From NCBI GenBank assembly GCA_049322915.1, contig JBMOPW010000021.1, forward strand, positions 1 through 64,000: a DNA stretch of 64,000 nucleotides, written 5' to 3'. Below are positions 19,777-29,242 of the stretch, piece after piece. The notes beneath the pieces are model-generated. The model did no database searches and was not told the origin of the DNA. It saw nothing but the letters and a program-made list of their open reading frames with translations. Made by a program: the position numbers and the translations under genes. The stretch is from Candidatus Zhuqueibacterota bacterium. GTDB taxonomy: Bacteria; Zhuqueibacterota; Zhuqueibacteria; Thermofontimicrobiales; Thermofontimicrobiaceae. Within the stretch, counting starts at the first letter, position 1. Each line of letters opens with the position of its first letter.

Positions 19777-21018
19777 ATGGATGAAAAAGCGGATATCTTG
19801 TTAGTCAAGCGGCTGAATGAAATTCGGCTGCTGAATCTCATCCGGGAGCAGGGACCGATCTCCAGGAATGAATTGGCCCGGAAATCTGACATTTCCAAAG
19901 TGGCAGTTTCCGACATCATCAACCGGCTCATCAAGTCCGGCTATGTGCTGGAAATTGGCAAAGGTCAGTCCACGAGTCGCGGCGGCAAGCGCCCGATCAT
20001 GCTGAAGCTCAACCCTGTGAATGGCTACGTCGTTGGAATCGAAATCAAGCGGAGGCATACCACTGTCGCGCTGGCAGATATCGAGTCCACGATTGTGGAC
20101 ATGGCCCAGGTGGAATACGATATTGGGATCCAGTTCGAGGCGTGCATTCCGAGGATCATCGCGGTGATTGAAGCGCTGTTGCAGAACAATCAGATCGATG
20201 CCCGCAAGCTGGTGAGCATCGGCATCGGCATCCCCGGATTTGTGGATTACATCGCCGGCCAGTTGATGTTCGCGGATACACTGCAGGGCTGGGCGCACAA
20301 GCCCCTGGCCGGACAATTTGCCGAAAATTTTCATACGCCGGTCATTGTGGAAAATGATGTGAATGCCATTACCCTGGGCGAGAATCTAATCGGCGCAGGC
20401 AAAGGCTGGTCCAATCTGATTTGCATCTGGATCGGCGAGGGCATTGGCGCCGGCATCATCATGGACGGCCAGCTCATTCGCGGGGCAACCGGGAATGCCG
20501 GCGAAATTGGCTACACCGAGCTGGGCTTTCTCATTCAACAAAAAAGCCGGATCAAAAACCTATTTCATGGCGAACAGTATTTCGGAGAAATATTATCTGA
20601 AGCCAATTTGTTCGGATGCTGCAACGCGAGCGCGGCCTCTTCTCCCGACGGGACAGGGGAATTGACGCTCGAAGCCTTGTTGGCGAAGGCCGAGTCCGGC
20701 GATGCCGGGATTCGGGAAATTCTCGAAGAGTATGGCTATCTGGTCGCTGTGCTGTGTATGAATCTGATCAAGACGGTCAATCCGGGATTGATCATCCTCA
20801 GCGGGCGCGTGATGGAGCATTCCAATTTTCTGCTGGAAACGATCCGGGCGAGCGTTCAAAAATCGATGGTCAATATCCCATTTCAACCCAGTTCCCTGGT
20901 TCGGGGAAAATTGAAAAAAGAGGCCGGCGTACAGGGCGCAATCGCATTGGCGCTGCAAACCATTTTCGAACCGCCGGTGAAACAGAGCAAAAATCACCTG
21001 AGACATACGACCGCATAA
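19777..21018 (+). CDS. ROK-family transcriptional repressor (NagC/XylR-like)
   Basis: N-terminal HTH (GPISRNELARKSDISKVAVSDII...STSRGGKRP); GIGIPG, VENDVNA, GEGIGAGII, GNAGEIG. Confidence 0.92.
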   Translation: MDEKADILLVKRLNEIRLLNLIREQGPISRNELARKSDISKVAVSDIINRLIKSGYVLEIGKGQSTSRGGKRPIMLKLNPVNGYVVGIEIKRRHTTVALADIESTIVDMAQVEYDIGIQFEACIPRIIAVIEALLQNNQIDARKLVSIGIGIPGFVDYIAGQLMFADTLQGWAHKPLAGQFAENFHTPVIVENDVNAITLGENLIGAGKGWSNLICIWIGEGIGAGIIMDGQLIRGATGNAGEIGYTELGFLIQQKSRIKNLFHGEQYFGEILSEANLFGCCNASAASSPDGTGELTLEALLAKAESGDAGIREILEEYGYLVAVLCMNLIKTVNPGLIILSGRVMEHSNFLLETIRASVQKSMVNIPFQPSSLVRGKLKKEAGVQGAIALALQTIFEPPVKQSKNHLRHTTA

Positions 21019-21036
21019 TCCAAAAAGGAGACGACA

Positions 21037-21951
21037 TTGCTGGAGCAACAACCGCGACCTAAAATTACCGGGACGTTTTTAGATGAGATAACCCACGACA
21101 TCCCGTCGAACAACTGGGGCAGGGAAGAATGGCTGCGCGAATTTGATGTCATGAAATCGATTGGCATGGACACGGTCATTATCATTCGCGCCGGGTACAG
21201 GAACTCCGTGATTTTCTCCTCGAAGGTGATTGACGGGTTTCTGGTGAACGAGGAAGATCTGGCGCGGCTCTTTTTCGAGGCGGCGGACCAGCGAAAAATG
21301 AAGCTGTTCTTCGGCATCTACGATTCAGGCCGCTACTGGATGGAGAACGACTGGAAGAAAGAGGCGGACATTAATCTAAAATTCATCGATGAAGTCTGGG
21401 ACCGTTATGGCAGGCACGAATCGTTTTACGGCTGGTACCTGACGCACGAAGTGAGCCAGGGCGAGAATAGTTACATTCAGTTGGTGACGACCATTGCCGA
21501 CTATTGCAAACGCATCACCCCGGGCAAATCCACATTGATTTCGCCGTATTACCACGGCGCCAAACACAACGCTGCCAGCGCAATTTCAGTGGCCCAGCAC
21601 GAAAAAATCTGGCGGGAAATCTTCAGGGAGATCAACGGCTACATCGATATTTGCGCGTTCCAGGACGGCCATGTCCATTTTCACGAACTGGAAACATGGA
21701 TGCAGGTGACGCGACACCTGGCCGATGAGTTTGGAATGACCATGTGGTCCAATTGCGAATCGTTCGACCGCGACATGCCCATTCGATTTTTGCCCATTGA
21801 CTGGCGCAAGATGAAAGCGAAACTGGTGGCAACCTGCCCGTACGTCGAAAAGATCATCACGTTTGAATTCCCCCATTTCATGAGCCCCAACTCCCTGTGG
21901 CCATCGGCCGGGAATTTGTTCCGGCGCTACCGCGAGTTTTTGGACGAATGA
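21037..21951 (+). CDS. DUF4434-like putative glycoside hydrolase (cytoplasmic TIM barrel)
   Basis: ITGTFLDEITHDIPSNNWG, FYGWYLTHE, AFQDG, WSNCESFDRDMPIRFLPI; no signal peptide; TTG start with AAGGAG RBS. Confidence 0.75.
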   Translation: MLEQQPRPKITGTFLDEITHDIPSNNWGREEWLREFDVMKSIGMDTVIIIRAGYRNSVIFSSKVIDGFLVNEEDLARLFFEAADQRKMKLFFGIYDSGRYWMENDWKKEADINLKFIDEVWDRYGRHESFYGWYLTHEVSQGENSYIQLVTTIADYCKRITPGKSTLISPYYHGAKHNAASAISVAQHEKIWREIFREINGYIDICAFQDGHVHFHELETWMQVTRHLADEFGMTMWSNCESFDRDMPIRFLPIDWRKMKAKLVATCPYVEKIITFEFPHFMSPNSLWPSAGNLFRRYREFLDE

Positions 21952-21974
21952 AACACAGCGGCCGAGTGCCCTGT

Positions 21975-23168
21975 TTACTCCTCCAGCAATTTCCAACAAT
22001 ACCACTGCATTCGGGGAATATGAAACGGTCCTTTCCAGATATTCCCTTTGAGCGGCACGGAGAGTCGGCCGTCCCGATGCAGATAGCCGAACCATTCGCC
22101 ATATTCCGGATCCGGGAAATGGCGATAGGTCCAATCGTGAATGAGCTGATGCCATGCGCTGTATTTCCGATCCCCGGTGAGCTGATGGGCCAGCAACGTC
22201 GCGATGATGGTTTCGACATGGGGCCACCAGAATTTCATATCATGCCAATATTCCTGCACCGGCAAATTCCTGACGTCGCGGAAATAATACATCCCGCCAT
22301 ATTCTTTGTCCCAGCCGCGCTCCCACATCCAGTCCAGCATGGTGCAGCCGGTGCGAATCAGTTCCGCGTCATTATTCCTGTGCTTCGCCTCGTGCAGAAT
22401 GAACCAGGCCCCTTCAATGGCATGGCCGGGATTCAGCGTCCTTCCTTCGAAATGATCTAAAAATTCGCCGTTGGGTCCCACAGTCTCCAGCACCGCGCGC
22501 AGCTCGTGATTCATAAAATCAGCGCGAATCTCCCCGATGCTGCGGTCGATCCATTCGGTGTATTTTGGCGCGTCCAGACAATCGCGCAACACCTGAGCCG
22601 TGGCGATGAGGATCATGGGGACGCTCATGCCTTTCATGGGCCGCGTGCGCGAATCATATTTGGCCGGAATCAGCCCCGGCGTGGTGAGGTAGCGAATGAT
22701 GAGCTGGAAGATGGCTTCGGCGCGTTCCGCAATTTCCGCGTCGCCGCTGGCTTTGGCATAGGCGGCCAATGCAATGGCGGCAAACGTTTCGGTGAAAATG
22801 TATCGCCTCTTTCGCACCGGCGCGCCTTCGCGGGTCACCTGAAAGAACATGCGGCCATCGCTGTCAAATCCGTGCTTGAGGATGAAGTCGACGCCGTGCC
22901 TGGCCAGATCCAGCCATTCCTGTTTTTTCTCAACCGTGTTGTACAGCGTGGACAGCAGCCAGGTGAATCGGCAGTTCTGCCACATGCCTTTGTCCGTGTC
23001 AATGACCGAGCCGTCCCGATCCAGGCAAAACATGAACCCGCCATATTCCTCATCCACCGAATGCCGTATCCAGAACGGCAGCACATCGTTCAGCAGTCCA
23101 TCGCGATAGAGAGATTTCAGATCGTTTTTTCGTTGGTCAGTCAGGTAGGGTTTTTGTAACTTATCCAT
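21975..23168 (-). CDS. N-acylglucosamine 2-epimerase (AGE family; Bacteroides-type NanE)
   Basis: LPFWIRHSVDEEYGG, DTDKGMWQNCR, NPGHAIEGAWF, KFWWPHVE, GEWFGYLHRDG, KGPFHIPR. Confidence 0.93.
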   Translation of the reverse strand: MDKLQKPYLTDQRKNDLKSLYRDGLLNDVLPFWIRHSVDEEYGGFMFCLDRDGSVIDTDKGMWQNCRFTWLLSTLYNTVEKKQEWLDLARHGVDFILKHGFDSDGRMFFQVTREGAPVRKRRYIFTETFAAIALAAYAKASGDAEIAERAEAIFQLIIRYLTTPGLIPAKYDSRTRPMKGMSVPMILIATAQVLRDCLDAPKYTEWIDRSIGEIRADFMNHELRAVLETVGPNGEFLDHFEGRTLNPGHAIEGAWFILHEAKHRNNDAELIRTGCTMLDWMWERGWDKEYGGMYYFRDVRNLPVQEYWHDMKFWWPHVETIIATLLAHQLTGDRKYSAWHQLIHDWTYRHFPDPEYGEWFGYLHRDGRLSVPLKGNIWKGPFHIPRMQWYCWKLLEE

Positions 23169-23339
23169 TATGGCCTTTCGCTTGATTTACAAAAGCACTA
23201 TAAATTTCAACGTTACTATTCAGGCATGAATTATTGCCGCAAAGACGCCAGGTCACGAAGTGACACGAAGATGTCCCTTCTTTTATTCAATCTGCTACTG
23301 CGCTATTCGATATTTTTTATTAAAACCAATATGTAACGA

Positions 23340-23491
23340 CTCAGGTTGGCTGGCTCAGAGTTCCGGGTTCGAAGCTATAATCCTTTCATTTTTAAAATTT
23401 GTCAATGAATATTCTTTTAACCCGGAACCAGGAGCCTTGAAACCCAGAACGCAGAACCCAGAACCTTGAACCCCTGAACCCTGAACCTGAG
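23340..23491. repeat. Inverted-repeat element with heptamer tandem repeats (MITE/STRR-like)
   Basis: Ends CTCAGGTT / AACCTGAG; inner GTTCCGGGTT / AACCCGGAAC; degenerate GAACCCT/GAACCCA/GAACCTT array at about 23425-23490; AT-rich core. Confidence 0.6.
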
Positions 23492-23553
23492 CAATGCCAG
23501 CTTTTCAAAATCGATTATTTCACATATCCAACTGCCGTGTCCGGGCTGACAGG

Positions 23554-24465
23554 TCAAGTTCGACCCCAATCAAAAAATCCCAGGGACACAAATTTCTGCT
23601 GCATGGCCTGTTCCTGCTCCAAGGTGAGCGCCACGAGGGGCAGGCGTGGAGGCCCACAGTCCCAGCCCAGGAATTTCATGGCGGTTTTGAACGCGGCCAT
23701 GCCGCCACATTCATTCAATAGGCGAATCAATTGAACGGACAAAAGCTGAAGTCGCTGCGCTTCGGCGAGGTCGTGATTTTGAAATGCCTCCAGAATGCGA
23801 TGATAGAGCGGCGCGGCGAAATTATATGTGGCGCCCACAGCGCCCCGGGCGCCGGTAATGAGCGCGCTGGCGAGCATTTCGTCGAGGCCGAATAACAGGT
23901 CGTAACGCTGGTTATCGAAATTCAGACACGCCTGAAATTCGTGAATCGCCGCGTTGCTGTATTTAATGCCGGCCAGGTTGGCGAGCCTGTCCCGGCTTTT
24001 GTGCAGGAATTCCACCATGTCCATGTTCACGCCGGTCAACGCCGGGATGTGATAGTAATAGATGGGCAGCCCGGGAGCGCCGGCGCTGATGATGGCCAGA
24101 CAATCCACTAAAACATCGGGGGCATTGATTTTGAAATAATTCGGAGGAAACGCGGCGATGGCGTCGGCGCGGATTTGCTGGGCGTGGGCTGCCAGCGCTT
24201 GCGCCTCGGCAAGGCTTTGATGCCCCACCTGAACAATGACCGGCAGTCGACCTCTGGCTGCGGCGACGTAAGCTTCCGCTGTTTCTTTCCGTTCCTGGCT
24301 GGTCAACGATGCGCCTTCCCCTGTGCTGCCGCAAACGTACAGGCCGGCAATTTTTTCTTCGATCAAAAATTCGACCATTGGCTCGACCATGTTCAATCGG
24401 AGAGAGCCATCCTCGAACATGGGCGTGAATACGGCGGCAATCAATCCCTGAAATTTATACGACAT
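23554..24465 (-). CDS. nanA: N-acetylneuraminate lyase (DHDPS family)
   Basis: GLYVCGSTGEG, YYYHIP, GIKYS (Schiff-base Lys), GAVGATYNF. Start reassigned to ATG 24465, which overlaps the upstream TGA (TGATG). Sialic-acid gene context. Confidence 0.88.
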   Translation of the reverse strand: MSYKFQGLIAAVFTPMFEDGSLRLNMVEPMVEFLIEEKIAGLYVCGSTGEGASLTSQERKETAEAYVAAARGRLPVIVQVGHQSLAEAQALAAHAQQIRADAIAAFPPNYFKINAPDVLVDCLAIISAGAPGLPIYYYHIPALTGVNMDMVEFLHKSRDRLANLAGIKYSNAAIHEFQACLNFDNQRYDLLFGLDEMLASALITGARGAVGATYNFAAPLYHRILEAFQNHDLAEAQRLQLLSVQLIRLLNECGGMAAFKTAMKFLGWDCGPPRLPLVALTLEQEQAMQQKFVSLGFFDWGRT

Positions 24466-26483
24466 CAGCGGCGTTCCTTTGTCGTGACGGTGCGCGGCCA
24501 GGCATCGGTGCGGAATGAAGACGCCGGCAATCCTTCCATGTTGAAGAGATTGGGCTCGGCCGCATTGCTCCATCCGAAGCGGACAGCGATGGGTTCCGGG
24601 ACCTCTTCGCTGAAAACAACCACGCTGCTGCCTTCGATGTTCGCTTTCGCCGGAAAAAAGACGCTGTCCCTGCCGGCAATGGTAAAATGCGTCAATTCAT
24701 CGCCGATGCAATAAAGGCCGGAGGCCGCGTGATCGAAGTGGATGCGAATGCGGTTCTGCCCGATTTCATGGGAAGCGTACAACGGCCCGGAATGGACAAT
24801 GCCATCCAGCTCGTAGGTTTTGGCCAGCGCCCACAGCGCCAGTCTGTTCCCGACCTCGACTTTGCGTCGCGGGTGAATGTCCGTTTTATTTCCCAGGTCG
24901 GACGTCACGACCATGCCTGTATTGGGCACGCTGAGAGTTTTGAATTGCGCTTCCCTGAGTTCCGCGGCCAGCGGTTCATCCCGATAAGCGAAGGGCGCGA
25001 TTTGAACAAAGTAAAACGGGAAGTCGCCCTGCTGCCACTGCTCGCGCCAATTTTTGATCATGGCCGGGAATAGCCGGGAATACAGCTCCGCATTGGAAAC
25101 ATTGGATTCTCCCTGATACCAGATGACGCCCCTGAAACCGAATGGCACGAACGGCGCGATCATGGCATTGTACAGCATGGTCGGCGTTTGATGGCGATTA
25201 TCCGCCAGCGAGGTGGGCCGCTCCGGCAGCGTTGTGTAATCGATGCAGATTTTAAAGCGCCAGTCCCCATTCAGCGGAATGGCGTCGGTTCGATTCCCAT
25301 CAGGCGGGGCCATTTTCAACTGGTGCGGATGGCCGTACAGTCCGCCTTCCAGGTATTCGTTGCTGATGAGCAGCAGCAGGGTATTGGCCCCGGGCCTGAC
25401 CAGATTGGCTGGAATCGTGTAGACCCTCGGTACTGTCCAATCGTCAGTCCGTGTGTGCTCGCCAATTTTTTTTCCGTTGAACCAGGTCACATCCATTTCA
25501 TCGATGGGGCCAAGCTCCAGCACGTAGTCCTTTTTTGCCGCGGATGGCGGGATGGTGATCACTTTGCGGAACCAGACCGAACCGACAAATCCGGCCAGCT
25601 CGGTACGGGTCCAGCCGTTGGGCACGGTGATGCTGTGCCAGGACGTATCGCTCAACTCCGGCGCCGCCCATCGGTTCACCTGCTTCAACGCCTTTTCCGT
25701 GCGCGCCTGCACCAGCTTATCCCAGTTTTCTTTTTCTTTGAAATATGATTGGCGCTTTTGAGCCACGACCGTCTGCAAGGAATCCAACTGAAGCACACGA
25801 TCTCTGAATTCGAGAAATTCCAGAAGCGCCGATTTGCTCGTCCAGGCTTCCGCAGCCGAACCGCCCCAGCAGGTCTCAATGAGTCCAATGGGGACGCGCA
25901 GTCGGCTGTGCAGCTCTTTCCCGAAGAAATAGGCCACTGCGCTGAAGCGAGCCACGGATTGGGGATTGCATTCCTGCCAGTTGCCGGTCACATCGTACAG
26001 CGGGGACGTGGAAGCGCCCCGTTCCGTCAGAAACAGGCGAATGCCCGGGTGATTCGCTGTCGCTATTTCAAACCGGAAATTCTGCGCGCCGGCGAAATAC
26101 GAGGCCACGCTGTCGACGGGCATTTCCATATTGGATTGGCCGGAGCAGAGCCAGACCTCGCCGAAGAGCGCCTGCCGGATGGTGATGGTGGTGTCGCCTG
26201 TCACGGTGATGGTGAACGGGCCGCCCGCAGCGGTCGTTTTCAGGTAGGCCTTCCAGTCGCCGGCCGCATCCGCCGCAGTCACAACCGGCTCTGGCAGCCA
26301 ACTTGCCTGAATGGAAACCGCACTGCCCGGTTTTGCCTTGCCCCAGATGGGTGCGGTGAAATTTTGCTGCAACACCATTCGGTCGCTGAAGAAGGCCGGC
26401 AGTCGCAGCGTTGCTTTTTCAGCAGAAAATCCGGAAACGGCAGTCAGCAGGATAAGAATGAAAAAGAAGGATTTTGTTCGCAT
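24465..26483 (-). CDS. Sialate O-acetylesterase (SASA family) with internal sugar-binding domain
   Basis: FSDRMVLQQ, GEVWLCSGQSNM, LYNAMIAP, WYQGESN, DIHP; signal peptide from MRTKSFF (26483). Confidence 0.9.
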   Translation of the reverse strand: MRTKSFFFILILLTAVSGFSAEKATLRLPAFFSDRMVLQQNFTAPIWGKAKPGSAVSIQASWLPEPVVTAADAAGDWKAYLKTTAAGGPFTITVTGDTTITIRQALFGEVWLCSGQSNMEMPVDSVASYFAGAQNFRFEIATANHPGIRLFLTERGASTSPLYDVTGNWQECNPQSVARFSAVAYFFGKELHSRLRVPIGLIETCWGGSAAEAWTSKSALLEFLEFRDRVLQLDSLQTVVAQKRQSYFKEKENWDKLVQARTEKALKQVNRWAAPELSDTSWHSITVPNGWTRTELAGFVGSVWFRKVITIPPSAAKKDYVLELGPIDEMDVTWFNGKKIGEHTRTDDWTVPRVYTIPANLVRPGANTLLLLISNEYLEGGLYGHPHQLKMAPPDGNRTDAIPLNGDWRFKICIDYTTLPERPTSLADNRHQTPTMLYNAMIAPFVPFGFRGVIWYQGESNVSNAELYSRLFPAMIKNWREQWQQGDFPFYFVQIAPFAYRDEPLAAELREAQFKTLSVPNTGMVVTSDLGNKTDIHPRRKVEVGNRLALWALAKTYELDGIVHSGPLYASHEIGQNRIRIHFDHAASGLYCIGDELTHFTIAGRDSVFFPAKANIEGSSVVVFSEEVPEPIAVRFGWSNAAEPNLFNMEGLPASSFRTDAWPRTVTTKERR

Positions 26484-26564
26484 TGTAGAATTCCTTGTAT
26501 TGTTAATCACTAACCATGATTAGACTTTTAAATGGCTGAAAACAATAAAAAATCGGAAAGAGAC

Positions 26565-26782
26565 TGTCCCGAAGGGACAATCGGCAATAGCCCGGGAATT
26601 TATTCCCGGGACAAAATTAAATGATATTGTGATGAAGTCCCGCAAGGGACGATTGAGATTTTAAACAACCGACTCCTTGTTTCCCATTTTTCATTCGTCC
26701 CTGTCTGGACTTGAATTTATTTTCTCAATTCCATCCCCCGACTTGAAAGTTGGGGCTATTCTCAAACTGTCCCTTTGCGACA
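26565..26782. repeat. REP/REPIN-like nested inverted-repeat element (IS200/IS605-RAYT type)
   Basis: TGTCCCGAAGGGACA..AATAGCCCGGGAATTTATTCCCGGG..AGTCCCGCAAGGGACGATTGA, mirrored by TCATTCGTCCCTGTCTGGACT..CCCCGACTTGAAAGTTGGGGCTATT..TGTCCCTTTGCGACA. Confidence 0.75.
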
Positions 26783-26863
26783 TTCACAATGACTCACGTT
26801 TTATATTTTGTCCACCAAGTTCAGGACTGTACATACTCACTAATTTACCAATCACCACTCCCC

Positions 26864-29125
26864 TCACTCCACCACAATTTCATCGATGAAAATCCACGCT
26901 TTGCCTCCGACGCCGATGTGCCAGCCCGGGCATTTCAGCCGTGAACTGGCGAAGACTTTGATGTACCGCGCGGATTTCCCGCTGACCTCGGTTTGAAATT
27001 GCTGCGTGAATGCTTCCGGTTGGGTATCCGGAATTGTATTTTTCACCTGATTCACCAGGTCAAAATGTTCGCCATCCTCGGAAATGGAAAATTCAACGAA
27101 CTCCGGCAACCAGATCCAGGCATACCACTGCTGCAGGAACGTTGTCTGAATACGCTGGATGGGGTGACTCTGCCCCAGATCGATGATCGCTTCCAGATGC
27201 TCATCCTCAAAGCCGAGCCAATTGTAATGATAATCGTTCGGGCCGTGCAGCCCATTGGTCAGGGCTGAACCGCCTCCGACCGGGTATTTTTCGCTGTGCC
27301 GGGTATTCAGCGTGACCGGTTTCCCAAACGCCAGATTACCTTGAACGCTCACACGCAGCAGTTGCTGAACCGACTTTAAATAATGCTGCGGCGTTGTCCC
27401 ATTTTCTTCCAGCAGCCTGATGCCGGCTTTTTCGGCCTGGCGCACGAAATTCTCCAACCGCTGCCGCATGGCCGGTTTCACGGTCCAGCCTTTCTCAGAC
27501 TTGTCAAAGTAGGATAAGTCCGCATTGACATCCCGCAGGGAAATATCGAGAATGGCGAATTCCAGGGGCAGCCGGGCGGTCTTCACCCGCTCGGAAAATT
27601 CCGGCTGGTCGCGCACCGCAGCCTCGGCCCTGTCGAACAACTCCGAATAGGCCGCAATGAGCTCCGGGCGCAGGTAGCTGTCGATGCCATCATAGGGGTA
27701 GCCGTAAATATTTAAATTATCGTGGGATGCTTCCAGCGCATCATGCATGGCGTCGATGTACTTTCGAATGTACGGGCCGGCCGCGCCATAATAGCCGTTG
27801 AGAAAATCGGTCATGATTGCATCCACATCCGCATCCGGATTCCACAGCAGTTTGGCAATGATGTACGTGCGCAGCTCACCGAATTCACCGATGTTCGCGC
27901 CGCAGCCCTGCTGGAACATCATCCGCACGCGATTCTTGGCAAAGAACCGGATATTGGGCTGAAGCACGCGCAGGTTGGGAAACGGACTCACCATGTTCCG
28001 GAACTGAACCACGTAATCCCACATCAAAATGGTGTCGGTGAGTTTCGCCCACGCTTCAATGTCCCGTCGGAAATCTGCGCTGGTGGAATCCGTGGCAATG
28101 GCCTCGCTGCGATTGCATTCGATGCTGCACAGCATGATATTGACATTCGGTTTCGGCGTAACGCCGGTCGGCGCGCTGCGGGAATACTGATAAGCCAGCG
28201 TGGATATGGTCTTATCCGGGAACTCCGCTGCCACGCGATTGACAAAATCAACCAGCGTCCCGGAACTGCCCCCGAATTTTTGATTCAGCTTTTGGCATGC
28301 CTCGCACTGGCATTCGTTGTAATTGTCGTTTTGGGAGACAGACCAGTAATGCGCCTCCGGCTGCTTTTCAATGAGGTCTCGCAGGTTCTTCACCAGAATG
28401 GAGAAGACGTCCGGATTGCTCAGACATAACTGTCCATTGGGAATTCGTTTTCCGCCCAACAGAGAAAAATACTCCGGGTGCGTTTTGAAATATGTCCCGG
28501 CCGGCACAAGTCTTTGAAACGTGTGAACCCACATGCCCCAGTCCTCCAGCCTGTCGGCGCGCGAATGCAGCTTGTGCCATTCGCTGTAGCCGCGATCCAT
28601 GGCCTCGAGATAGTGGATTTCGCGATAATGAAAGTACGGCGCCTGGGTATCGTTGATTGGGTTGATTTTAATTTCTTCGTTGCGGGGAATGAGGCTCACT
28701 GTTGCGCTGTATTTTCGGCAGCCCAGAGAGGTTTCGATGAACGAATACACGCCGCAGAGGGCGCCCTTCCTTTTTCCGCCGATGATGACCAATTTGTCGT
28801 TGAACGTTTTGATGGTGAATCCGTCATCGCCCAGACTATCGGCCGCAGCGCGCTCCTGCCGATTCGTCTCGCCAATGATGATTTCGAATTTGCCGGTCGC
28901 CGTAGTGTCGGATTGAATGGGAATCTCCGCCCCTGAAATTTGCTTGATGTACGTTTGCAATTCCGAAGCCGCCTGCCGTTCGATGGGCGTGGCGCTCTCC
29001 GAAATGATGATGCTGTATCTGGTCGTCCGGTTTTTCGTCAATTCCAGCACATGAATATCGGAGCAGTGATGAGAAAAAAGATTTGTAAGAAAAACAATCA
29101 GCAACAATCGGAATTTTAAGGGCAT
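26864..29125 (-). CDS. DUF4838-like putative glycoside hydrolase with C-terminal F5/8 type C (discoidin) domain
   Basis: GH67/GH20-like N-domain (AASELQTYIKQISGA...DDGFTIK); VHTFQRL, HPEYF, QLCLSNP, SVSQND, CQCEAC, STLAYQY; C-terminal WLGFE...IIDLG...ARYIKV...WIFIDEIVVE. Start likely MPLK (29125). Confidence 0.75.
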   Translation of the reverse strand: MPLKFRLLLIVFLTNLFSHHCSDIHVLELTKNRTTRYSIIISESATPIERQAASELQTYIKQISGAEIPIQSDTTATGKFEIIIGETNRQERAAADSLGDDGFTIKTFNDKLVIIGGKRKGALCGVYSFIETSLGCRKYSATVSLIPRNEEIKINPINDTQAPYFHYREIHYLEAMDRGYSEWHKLHSRADRLEDWGMWVHTFQRLVPAGTYFKTHPEYFSLLGGKRIPNGQLCLSNPDVFSILVKNLRDLIEKQPEAHYWSVSQNDNYNECQCEACQKLNQKFGGSSGTLVDFVNRVAAEFPDKTISTLAYQYSRSAPTGVTPKPNVNIMLCSIECNRSEAIATDSTSADFRRDIEAWAKLTDTILMWDYVVQFRNMVSPFPNLRVLQPNIRFFAKNRVRMMFQQGCGANIGEFGELRTYIIAKLLWNPDADVDAIMTDFLNGYYGAAGPYIRKYIDAMHDALEASHDNLNIYGYPYDGIDSYLRPELIAAYSELFDRAEAAVRDQPEFSERVKTARLPLEFAILDISLRDVNADLSYFDKSEKGWTVKPAMRQRLENFVRQAEKAGIRLLEENGTTPQHYLKSVQQLLRVSVQGNLAFGKPVTLNTRHSEKYPVGGGSALTNGLHGPNDYHYNWLGFEDEHLEAIIDLGQSHPIQRIQTTFLQQWYAWIWLPEFVEFSISEDGEHFDLVNQVKNTIPDTQPEAFTQQFQTEVSGKSARYIKVFASSRLKCPGWHIGVGGKAWIFIDEIVVE

Positions 29126-29242
29126 GGTTTGTCCCTGATCTGGTGAAAGGAAAATGAGTCTGATAAATTGCAGCAACCGAATTGACTCATGGCCTAATTA
29201 ATAATTCGAGTAATTCGTGGTCAGTACTAAAGAACTCAACTA

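Noticed and set aside
23425..23491. Possible CRISPR array
   Set aside because: Repeats are 7 bp and contiguous with no spacers; no cas genes and no CRISPR-like array anywhere in the window.
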